From Naegleria gruberi (Eukaryota): 64,000 nt of DNA. How positions within the stretch are numbered: position 1 is the stretch's first letter; every line of letters starts with the position of its first letter. The stretch is from the NCBI GenBank assembly GCA_000004985.1, contig GG738921.1; one strand, given 5' to 3'. The translations under genes and the position numbers were made by a program. Positions 45,841-56,985 of this stretch are shown piece by piece. The notes under the pieces were generated by a model. It ran no database searches. It was not told the DNA's origin and saw only the letters and a program-made list of their open reading frames with translations.

Positions 45841-48716
45841 ATGGCAAACTCCTTTTCTTTCATCTTGTTTGCCATCTTGGTTTTGAATTGGGCCTTGTTA
45901 GCCAATTGTAATTTGACTTTTTCACAACAAACATTCAACACTCTCCTCAACTCAACCCAAACTTCAACTCTATCACTGACAATGTACATGGGAGGTGGAA
46001 CAACCATCAAAAACAGTAACAACAGCACATGTGGAATGTCTGTGGATAATCCATGTACAAACTTTAATCAATTATTATTAACTTTTAATTGGACACTCTT
46101 TAGTCAATTTGAGAATTTCACAAAAGCAACATCGGCAGGTGAAAGAAACGTTCACTTGAAGATACTGATACTTCCAGATGGCAGTATTTTCTGTCCTATC
46201 AATCCAGTTAATTTATCTCCTTCAATGAATTATCATTTAGAATTTACGAAACTAGTCGAATCATCAACAATAACACCCATCTTGACCTGCCTCAACACAC
46301 AAGATGGAAATGGCATTTCCATTCCTNNNNNNNNNNNNNNNNNNNNNNNNNNNNNNNNNNNNNNNNNNNNNNNNNNNNNNNNNNNNNNNNNNNNNNNNNN
46401 NNNNNNNNNNNNNNNNNNNNNNNNNNNNNNNNNNNNNNNNNNNNNNNNNNNNNNNNNNNNNNNNNNNNNNNNNNNNNNNNNNNNNNNNNNNNNNNNNNNN
46501 NNNNNNNNNNNNNNNNNNNNNNNNNNNNNNNNNNNNNNNNNNNNNNNNNNNNNNNNNNNNNNNNNNNNNNNNNNNNNNNNNNNNNNNNNNNNNNNNNNNN
46601 NNNNNNNNNNNNNNNNNNNNNNNNNNNNNNNNNNNNNNNNNNNNNNNNNNNNNNNNNNNNNNNNNNNNNNNNNNNNNNNNNNNNNNNNNNNNNNNNNNNN
46701 NNNNNNNNNNNNNNNNNNNNNNNNNNNNNNNNNNNNNNNNNNNNNNNNNNNNNNNNNNNNNNNNNNNNNNNNNNNNNNNNNNNNNNNNNNNNNNNNNNNN
46801 NNNNNNNNNNNNNNNNNNNNNNNNNNNNNNNNNNNNNNNNNNNNNNNNNNNNNNNNNNNNNNNNNNNNNNNNNNNNNNNNNNNNNNNNNNNNNNNNNNNN
46901 NNNNNNNNNNNNNNNNNNNNNNNNNNNNNNNNNNNNNNNNNNNNNNNNNNNNNNNNNNNNNNNNNNNNNNNNNNNNNNNNNNNNNNNNNNNNNNNNNNNN
47001 NNNNNNNNNNNNNNNNNNNNNNNNNNNNNNNNNNNNNNNNNNNNNNNNNNNNNNNNNNNNNNNNNNNNNNNNNNNNNNNNNNNNNNNNNNNNNNNNNNNN
47101 NNNNNNNNNNNNNNNNNNNNNNNNNNNNNNNNNNNNNNNNNNNNNNNNNNNNNNNNNNNNNNNNNNNNNNNNNNNNNNNNNNNNNNNNNNNNNNNNNNNN
47201 NNNNNNNNNNNNNNNNNNNNNNNNNNNNNNNNNNNNNNNNNNNNNNNNNNNNNNNNNNNNNNNNNNNNNNNNNNNNNNNNNNNNNNNNNNNNNNNNNNNN
47301 NNNNNNNNNNNNNNNNNNNNNNNNNNNNNNNNNNNNNNNNNNNNNNNNNNNNNNNNNNNNNNNNNNNNNNNNNNNNNNNNNNNNNNNNNNNNNNNNNNNN
47401 NNNNNNNNNNNNNNNNNNNNNNNNNNNNNNNNNNNNNNNNNNNNNNNNNNNNNNNNNNNNNNNNNNNNNNNNNNNNNNNNNNNNNNNNNNNNNNNNNNNN
47501 NNNNNNNNNNNNNNNNNNNNTTGGAATAGCATTAGGTTTTGGAATATTCTTTGTGTGGAAAATTGTAAAGAAATTGAGAAAACTGAAAAGTAAGGAGAAG
47601 GCAGAGAAACAAATTGAAGAAAAACTTTTAGACAAGCGACTTATTTTCAATATGAATGACGAGGAGGATGAATATTATGAGGGCTCCACACCAAATATTG
47701 AAAGAAGCAAATCATCTTATGGGAAAGTATCTGAAAAGGAGTTAGTTTCTTCATTGATTGACAGTGAAAAGAAGAAATCAAAACATTCTTTCAGTTTTTC
47801 ATCCTCTTACATTATTCCAATTGAAGACATATCAATTATTAAAAAGATTGGAGAAGGAGGCGCAGCTAATGTATATTATGGTACATGGACCAATATTAAA
47901 GTGGCTATCAAGTCACTCAAGATTGACAGTTTTGATGATGATTTTGAGAATGAAGCAGCCATCCTCAGTTTAATTAGACATCCAAACATTCTGACATTCT
48001 ATGGAGTATGTTTGACTGATAAGAGTCGATATATTGTGACTGAATATATGGAAAATGGCTCTCTAGACAGGTATATATTTTTGAATAAGAACAGAGCATT
48101 GAATATTGACCTATTCAAATCAAATATTGGAATTTTGTGTGGAATTGTGGATGGTATGCAATATTTACACTCTCTTAAACCTTCAATTATTCACAGAGAT
48201 TTGAAATCGAGTAATATATTGTTGGACGAAAGAAATACTCCAAAAGTTTCTGATTTTGGTCTTGTTAAAGTATTGGGAAACAATACAATCAGTCAAATTA
48301 CAAAAGGAATTGGTACAGTGTATTATTTAGCTCCAGAAACATTCATTGCTGAACATCAAATTGAAAATAAGGAAGAGGCAACCAAGTTGGACATTTACAG
48401 TTTTGCAATAATCATGTGGGAATTATTCTTTCGAATGAGTCCTTATCATCATGTGAAAAATCCATTCAAAGTGCCTCAAATGGTTGTCAATGGAGAAAGA
48501 CCTCAAATTCCCTTCAATATTGAAAATGATACGGAAATCAAAGAATGGCTTTCAATTCAAGCATTGGAAATTTCATCGTCTGACAATTCTTTCATTAATG
48601 GTATTAAGAAATACTTCTCACTCATTCTCCAATGTTGGAATCAAAATCCATTACAAAGACCTACATTCCTGACAATTAGAAGAGAATTGGATGAGATTTA
48701 CAATCTAATCGGTTGA
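45841..48716 (+). CDS. Receptor-like protein kinase, a paralog of the 26901-30279 gene. Its ectodomain is mostly lost in the 1.2-kb assembly gap.
   Basis: Signal reads MANSFSFILFAILVLNWALLANC. After the gap, TM reads GIALGFGIFFVWKIV. Kinase motifs are IGEGGAANVYYGTWTNIKVAIKSLK, HRDLKSSNILLDE, VSDFGLVKV, GTVYYLAPE and DIYSFAIIMWELF. Confidence 0.65.
46327..47520. other. Assembly gap (run of N). There are smaller gaps at 716-755 and 10926-10975.
   Basis: Uninterrupted n characters. ORFs translated as X-runs across them are artefacts. Confidence 1.
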
Positions 48717-48876
48717 ATGCAATCTATCCTCAATCCTTTTTTATTTCATAGATTGTCCGAGTTCAAATTACAAAACTTTACAAAATCAAATGAAGTGTCG
48801 ATATGATTCATGCACAGATGAACTTGGAATTTGGGTAATTTTCAAAATAGCACAAAAAAAAACAAAAATAAAAAAA

Positions 48877-50074
48877 ATGTTCTCACTTCTCAAGAAGATA
48901 ACTGGTTCTGGTCAACAGCAACAACCAATCATTTCTAGAAAGATCAATAGTGAAGCAAGACTTTCGGAGAATGATATGAAGGATTTGGAAAAGTTAACCA
49001 ATGAATTAAATTCTAAAATTTCATCACCCAATTTGAGAGCCTTGTTGGCTATTTATTCAAAGAATATTGATGAGATCAATGGCTCGGAAGTTGTGTTGGA
49101 TCAATCGATTGCGGATTTGGAAAATAGATTCTTATCGGTTCATAAAGAACAAAAGTCTTTGATTTTTGCTCATCCTGAATTGTCCAACTCGAATGAAGAT
49201 GAAGAAATGGTCGACGGAGAAGATATGTATGAATATATTAAAAAGAAGAGTATGATCAAGAATGAATTAAAGAAATTGAATAGTGAATTTTCCAAATCCA
49301 AGATAACCTATTGTCACTATTTCTGTAAAGAAGAAACTGATTTTATTCAAAAGAATGGAAACAAAAAGGATGAATGCAAATCTTATATTTTACGACCAAG
49401 TGTTGCTTTTGATCCGTTTATTGTAACCGGTGAAGATTTTCATTTCAGATTGGCATCTTCGTTTCTTAATCATGCAAATGCTGGATTTACTTTGAATGAA
49501 GTGACATACGTTTGTAATCCATACAACTTGAAGAAATTCAATGAAAAGAAGAGAGAATTGGCTAAACGTCACAATTTTATGCTCGATTCAATGAAGCCAC
49601 TCATTCTATTCCATGGTAACAGATTGGAATCAAACTATGATAGTATTATGAAAACTAATTTTTCAATTTCAAAGGTTGGTTCAAACACTGGTAATTTAGG
49701 ATATTACGGAAAGGTAAGTTTACAATATATTGACAATAATTTAACACTCTAAAGGGAGTTTATTTCAGTTCCATTCCTTCGTATAGTGCTGCATATGCAG
49801 GTACTAATATACTTCTTGTTTGTTTGGTGTTTACAGGAAAGGCATATCCCCTCCAGCAAATTACAATGGGTTGTCCAAGACAGGAAGGTGAGTTTTCAAA
49901 TAATTTGAACAATAATTATTTAACAATTCCTTATTTGAAATAGGTTACGATTCACACACATCCCCTGATGGCTATTCAGAAGTTGTGATTTTTGATGAAG
50001 ATCAAATATTACCAGTATGTTATTATTATTTAGAACTCTATCTATATCTAATCGTTTCAATTTCATTACTTTGA
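48877..50074 (+). CDS. PARP-family ADP-ribosyltransferase catalytic-domain protein with a hydrophobic C-terminus: join(48877..49713,49755..49887,49944..50074).
   Basis: It carries H-G-N (ILFHGNRLE), the donor-loop region GYYGK|GVYFSSIPSYSAAYAG, and GYSEVVIFDEDQILPVCYY, which aligns with PARP1 LLYNEYIVYDIAQV (catalytic Glu conserved). Two GT..AG introns keep the frame. The tail reads YYYLELYLYLIVSISLL*. Confidence 0.6.
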
Positions 50075-50293
50075 TAGATTTACAAAATCAAATATTCTGT
50101 TTAAGTTGTAAAATATATAAGAAATGTAAATAAGAAGGAACAGAAAATAAACTAAACGCAACAAAGAAATTAATTTCGGAAGGAATAGGTTCAAATTATC
50201 ATGTTTCGCAAATTACATTGGAAGATTTGCCCCTTTATTAAACGATTGATTTTTTTAATACGTTTAGTTGTTGGATTCGTATTTGGTTGTAAA

Positions 50294-53200
50294 TCATTCC
50301 TCTTCTGCTTCTTCTCTATTGTATCCAAATGGATGACAAGTTTTTCTACTCATTAAGGCAAGACAACAATTTACAACATATTCAAAGTAAGGCTTTCCAT
50401 CTACATGGATTAGTTTGGGTTGATAGTAGGCTCTTTGTACTGCATTCCTTCCTGAACTTGCAAGTGAATGAAATGTATTTTTGAAAACAAAGAATGATTC
50501 TGTGTGGAAATCAGAATTTGCAAATATTGCTTTAACTTTGATTGATTCCAATTCGTTTTCTTTGTCATTGTAATCAAATGAACATAGATATAGGTATAAT
50601 GATGAGTTTTCTCTAAAATCCTTAACCTCTGTTAATTATCGCGTAGAGAAATACAGTGTTTGTAACTAATTTCATAAAACTACTTACTATTGGCAACACC
50701 CAAGTGATTGAAACAAGCTGAAAACTTGGCTCCAAATGCTGTGAACTTATCTGAATAACAACATCTATCAATATTATCAGGACTAACACGAAATGTCAAA
50801 GTATGGATGGATAATGGAAACTCTGTTGCCCATCTATGAACAATAGGAGGATAATTAGTTGAGGATGATTCCTTTCTTCCAACATGGAACATTTCAATAT
50901 TATTGAAAGGTTTGAATGGTTCTTCCTCAACTTTCTTCATCCCAACCACAAATTTAAACTTGAGAAAATCATCGTCATCTGTTGAGTAAGCGGCAATATG
51001 GGTCTTATCAAGAAATATTCCATAAGATGCTTTAGGCATAATGAATTTTCTACTGTGAACAAGATAGGATTGAGGTTCTAGATCAAAATTACAAATAAAA
51101 AAGTCGAGTCTTATTCTATCAAATACCTGTTGCTTATTCTCTACTGGAATTGTGGAATTTAGTGTTAAAAATACTGTAGAATTGCCCAAACATTCATCTT
51201 CATCATCTGTTTCCGATTAGACAATTAGAAAATTAATAAAACGTAACATACCTGGCAGAAGCTCCACAACCCACTCGTGTCCAAACTGTATGAAAGGTTC
51301 AGAATAATAGCTAGTATTAAAAGGGCCAGTTTTTGGTACCTTAACATCTGCAATATGAATGGTATAATCTTTTTTCTGTGGTGGAATATTTTCCTGCACA
51401 AATTGGAAAAGGTCTTCTCCTATAGGTTTCAATATTGGCTTAATTTTTGTTTCTGTGAACTCTGTATCTATTTTTGCTTTCTTTTCTGCAATAAGTTCTA
51501 AGGTTTTCTTAGAAGATTTGAAAAATTCATTGGACATAACTAGGTTGATAAAGTCCAAAATGCTATCATTTTGTGGGAAATGATCCACTACTGCAATAAC
51601 AGTATTAATAATAACATGTCCAGAAAAATTACAAATTTCTTGTTTCCCATCAATAAACTGATGTAAAACTCTACTGATCATCTTTTGTGTGCAATTTTGA
51701 ATATTATCATATATCAAACATTGTATGATACACTCAAAACAATTGAAAAAACTGGTGAACCTCCCTAAATCCATTAAAATATTAGCAACAACACAAAATT
51801 CAGTTTGAGATAATATTTTAGGTATTAACTTTTCCAGATCGTGAATATTATTTTCCTCAAATATAATTTTTCCTTCTTTCCATAGTACATCCAAAAGATC
51901 AAATATTCCATAAAAGTCCACACTAGTTTCATCTTGAAAAGCAGTCAGAAAAAGTTTACAAATTTCGGCTTTCGAAATGTCTAAAAAAACATAGCTGGAT
52001 AGTTGTTCAATAGCTAAACATGCATCTTTCATTTCTCTTAAATATATTCTTTCTCTTACATAGGAAAGACATTGATCAATATCATTATAATCAATTGTTG
52101 GGTAAATCCGTTTTGTGCTTAGTGGTTCTTCTTTCATTATAACGGTAACCCTGTTAACTTCTTGTTCAAAAAGAGAATAATCTGCGCTCAATACTCTAGA
52201 GTCAAAGCATTCCAACAGTAAAACTCTACAATTGGTGAATTGTCTGAAATATTGTGTCGATTCTTGTGTAAGGCCGTCATTGTACTCTATTTTTAGGATA
52301 TCCAACTCATCAGATAGGGGAATAATATCCTTAATAAATTCATCTTGAATCTTACACCTTGAAAACACTAATTCTTTTAAAATTTTTGTAGAGAGTAGCC
52401 AGTCTTTGAATCCAATTTCTGCTCCAGTAATCTCTCCGACAAAAGAAAGATTAGTAATGTTACTTGGAAAAGTGCACTCTTGTAAGTTAGTAACTTGCTC
52501 ACCAAAGCATACTTTCAATGTTGTCAAATTCTTGAATTCTCCAAGATATTTTAGATATTCAACATTCTCGTTGGTTACCCTTACATTAAGAACCTTTAGA
52601 GAACTCCTAGGTAAATGAGGAATAACTGAAGCTTCAATGGCCTCACCTAAAACTTCTTCCAGTTTGCAATTTACTATTGCTTGGATATTTTGATGAATAA
52701 TTTTATCTTCGAACTGTTCACCTTGCAGATCCAATATTTTTAAATCTTCACAGTCATGGAGAAATGAATGGTTCCTCCTCAATATCAATATAAGTATCAG
52801 TATGGTACAGCAGTTTTTCCAAATGTTGTCCTATTAAAGCCTTAACAACATTAAAACAAATTATTTCGTTAGTACCTCCATAAATTTTAAGAATTCTGAG
52901 TTGTAAACAACTTTTCAATTGTTCCAAAATATCTTCTTTTACAATTGTAAATTGAAAATTTCTAGGAAAGTCTAATGTTAATTTAGACAACTTAGAGAGA
53001 TTACAGAGACAACCTAGCAATGTATCTAACTCATATGAGGGATCATATTCATTAGTGAAAACAACATTCAATCTTTCTAATGTTCTTGAAAGGATGCTCA
53101 AATTCTTTTGGAGATTCAATATTGTTTCATCAGAAGTTGATTTCCATACCACCTTGAGCTTTTTCAAATGGGAGAATGAATTAGATGAAAATACTGAAAA

Positions 53201-54010
53201 GTATGAACCAGTTATATTTGATAGTGTGTCTCGAGCAAAGAGGGAAAATTTTTCAATCTTTTGTGAAACATTGGAAAGTACTAATGACATAATAGAATCA
53301 TCAAAATAACTAGGGTTGATAACCAAAACTGTTAAATTTGGACATTGTTGTGTGATATCCTCAATATTCTTGCGTGTTAGTGGATAGCTAGAACGAAACT
53401 CTGTCAAAGATTGAGGAAACCCAATCACGGTTTGATCCATTTCTTCTTCATGGAGGTTTAGTTCAGATAAAAGGCTTATCAACTCGAGAGTTTTTAAATT
53501 TTTAAACTCTTTCAACAAGTGAAAATATTCAGTTTTAAGATTAGTAAGTGTCAATACTGTCAAAGATTCCAACAATGGACTTGCATTCATTATCCACTCA
53601 ACAATGAAACTTCCAGAAATACAAGTTGCAGCTCTCAACCTCAACTCTTCCATTGACAATCGTCCAAGCTCACACAAACCCACATCTAAAAAAGCATATA
53701 TTAATCGACCATTCATAAATAATAATAATAAATTGATAACAATTACCTGTTAATGACGAGAACTCCAAAGAATTGAATGTAAACAAATCAATAACCTTCA
53801 ATCGTTTCATCTTGATCAGTAAATTATCCACAACTCCTCCGATCCTATGATTACTCAATCCGATGTGAATAAAGTATTGGGTCTTGTTATTCAGGAAATA
53901 ATACCAGATCCACTCGGCAAAAGTCTTTGAAATAAATCTCATCTGCAACAAGTGGTATTCATTGAAAAAACATAGCAAGTGTTCGGCACACAAATCACAA
54001 GGTAAATTCT
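50294..54010 (-). CDS. F-box / leucine-rich-repeat / MATH-domain protein locus. It is either one long multi-exon gene or two tandem genes, and the exon structure is unresolved.
   Basis: An F-box-like segment reads LPCDLCAEHLLCFFNEYHLLQMRFISKTFAEWI (53670-54020). Two similar LRR blocks occupy ORFs 52754-53716 and 51217-52788. A MATH/TRAF-like segment reads YYSEPFIQFGHEWVVELLPG and continues across an intron into ORF 50680-51189. Confidence 0.45.
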
Positions 54011-54703
54011 GAATTTTCATTTTTTTTTGATTTGATAGGAAATCTTTGTTAAACTGGAATGAAATTGTAATATCTAAATAATTTAAATATTAAATTATTT
54101 AATATTTAAATATTCAATTTTACATGATACAATTGAGGGGTCCGATCTATTCTTAAATTCATCCTCACAATATTCCTCGCACGAGCATAGAGCTCTTATT
54201 ATCGGGTTTCCAATTTCCTCTCACAACCCTTTCAATTCACCTCTCCATGGAATTTCAATTATTCAACCTTGATCATCACATGGCAACAACCTCTTAATGC
54301 GACAACGAGAAAAAACACGAATAATTTTATTACTCCATCCTCTTCAAAGAAAGGGCGGGTTTTTTTCTTAACGTAAAAAAATACCTCGCAGCGTGCTAAG
54401 CGTTGGAATGTTTCGCACTAAGCAGAGTGCGCAAAGAGAGCACCATCAGCAGATTCCTTAGAGAAGAAGAAGGATGATACTGCTGATGGAAGGCTTTGCT
54501 CTCTATTCTTCTTCTAAAAGGTGGTGAAGGAGGACAATGTGTTGTGAGGATTATTTGTTTTTGAATGAATAGTTGAAATTGTACGTCGCTGATTCTCCAA
54601 AACACAATCAGAAAAAACAACAATACAAGAAACTATTAGGTTTCAATATATATTCCGAGTTTTATTGAATATTTGAATCATTAATTGATAATTACTTTGA
54701 AAA

Positions 54704-56776
54704 ATGTCAACAAATAATGAATTGGTTGTTGACGTCCAACAAATTAAGGATGATATGAAACAACAACAGCAACAACAGCCAGAGAGGAAATCAAGAAATC
54801 CCTTCAAGAAAAACAAGAAAAAGGCTGAAAACAAAGAAACAGAAGATATTGTCGATACAAGAGAACCAAATCTCAAATTTAAAGACAGTTTCACAATTTA
54901 CAAAATCATTGGATGGAATTGGATTTTGATATTCTTGGGAAGTATTGGTGCTATGGGAACAGGTGTTATTCCAATTAGGTAAGTTTCAGATATTTGAGTT
55001 TTTGTTACAAACACTTTCAAAGTTTCCAATTTGTTATGGGAGATTTAATCAATGTCTTTTCACCAACACGTGCCGATGGATCCACTGTTACTGCAGCTGA
55101 ACAGAAAGCTGAAATTGGAACATATGCTTCATACTTTGCAATTATTGCAGCTGCAGCTTGTATTGCCAATTTCATGTCTCAATTCTTTTTGAATTGGGCA
55201 AGTGAAAGAATTGGTGTTGCTATTAGAAGTGCTTATTTTGACTCATTGACAGTTCAAGAGATGGGTTTCTTTGATATTAAGAAGGTTGGTGCATTGACCA
55301 TTACTCTTTCTGAAGATATTACTCGTATTCAGGAAGTTTACTCTGTCAAGTTGGCTACCTTACTTCAAAACTTGGCTCAGTTCGTTGTCGGTGTCATTCT
55401 TGCCTTAACATCAGGATGGCAAATGGCCCTCGTCATGATGAGTACAACACCATTAATGATTTTGGGTGTAGTGTTGTTGGGTGGTGTTATCAGAAAGTTG
55501 ACCTTGTCAATTAATAAGGCCAACGATCATAGTGCCTCCATTGCTACTGAAGTGATGGGAGCTATGAGAACTGTAAGATCAATGGCCGGAGAGGAAAAGG
55601 AAAGAGTCAGATACAAGAAGGACTTGACCAAGATGTATTTGGCTGGTATTGGTAAGGCTGTTGCTCAAGGTTCTACTTTTGGTGTTTTGGTTGGTATCTT
55701 GTGGGGTACTACTGCTTTAGGTAAGTTTTTTTATTATTTCAAATTAGCTCAATAATGTTATTTTAGCTTTCTGGTATGGTGGTGGTCTAGTTGTTGATGG
55801 AACCATGAATATTGGATCTATGCTCAAGGTTTTCGGTTTGACATTGTTTGCTATTATTGGTATTTCTCAAGCTGGTTCATTCTTCCCTGATTATGGTAAG
55901 GCCATGGTTTCTCAAAAGACTGTTTTGAAATTATTGAAGAGACAACCAGCTATTATTTTCAAGGGAGGTAAAACTCTTGATACTATCATTGGTAATGTCA
56001 CATTTGAAAATGTTGATTTTGTCTATCCATCACGTCCAAATGCTACTGTCTTGAAGAATTTCAGTTTGGATATTAAGGCAGGTCAAGCTGTTGCTTTGGT
56101 TGGTCCATCTGGTTCAGGTAAATCAACAATTGTTGGTTTATTGGAAAGATTCTACGACCCAGCTCAGGGTAAGGTTTATCTTGATGGTGTTGATATCGCT
56201 GAAATCGATCCAATGTGGCTCCACAAGAATATTGGTATTGTCACTCAAGAACCTGTATTGTTTGCAACCAGCATTTACAAGAATATTGCTTATGCTATTG
56301 GTGAAGAAAATACTACAATGGAAAAGGTTATTGAAGCCGCTAAATCTGCCAACTGTCACAATTTCATTATGGACTTACCAGATGGATACAATACTTTATT
56401 GGGTGAACGTGGTGTCTCACTCTCAGGTGGTCAAAAGCAACGTGTCTGTATTGCTCGTGCCTTATTGCAAAATCCAAAACTTCTCTTATTGGATGAAGCT
56501 ACATCTGCCTTGGATACTGAATCTGAATCTCTCGTTCAAGCTGCTTTGGATTTATTGATGAAGGGTCGTACAACTATTTGTATTGCTCACAGATTGTCAA
56601 CTGTTAAGAACTCTGACAAGATTTGTGTATTGGCTAAGGGTATTTTGAAAGAAACTGGTACTCATGCCGAATTAATGGCCATTGAAAATGGTATCTATAA
56701 GAATTTGGCTGAAAGACAAATGTTGTTCTCTAATGAAAATGCTGATGTTGAAGCAACAATGGAAGTTTTGCAATAA
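54704..56776 (+). CDS. ABC transporter, B-family half-transporter (TMD-NBD): join(54704..54978,55023..55720,55767..56776), 660 aa.
   Basis: TMD carries the ABCB signature ALAFWYGG. NBD carries Walker A GPSGSGKST, Q-loop, signature LSGGQKQR, Walker B LLLLDEATSALD and the H-loop AHRL. The introns are AG|gtaagt and G|gtaagt, and the total is 1983 nt. Confidence 0.85.
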
Positions 56777-56985
56777 TGTAAATATGTAATTTTGGAGAGT
56801 GTAAATAAATTCAATTTCAAAAATTCTTTAGTAATAACAGAGATGGGAAAGGAGAATCATTAATCAACCAATATTCCAGGATAGAGATGTGGCCTTATTC
56901 TACCCATTGAATTCTACAATGGGAAGTGAACAATTTGTAAAAGATTTGATTTAAAACAAGCTTTACAATTTTGATAAAAAACTCT

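Noticed and set aside
46264-47650. Three long ORFs translated as runs of X
   Set aside because: They span the 1.2-kb run of N (an assembly gap). No sequence information is present.
54396-54623. Minus-strand 75-aa ORF MLFFLIVFWRISDVQ...
   Set aside because: It overlaps the GC-rich palindromic patch upstream of the ABC gene and has no coding periodicity or homology signal. It is treated as non-coding (see finding).
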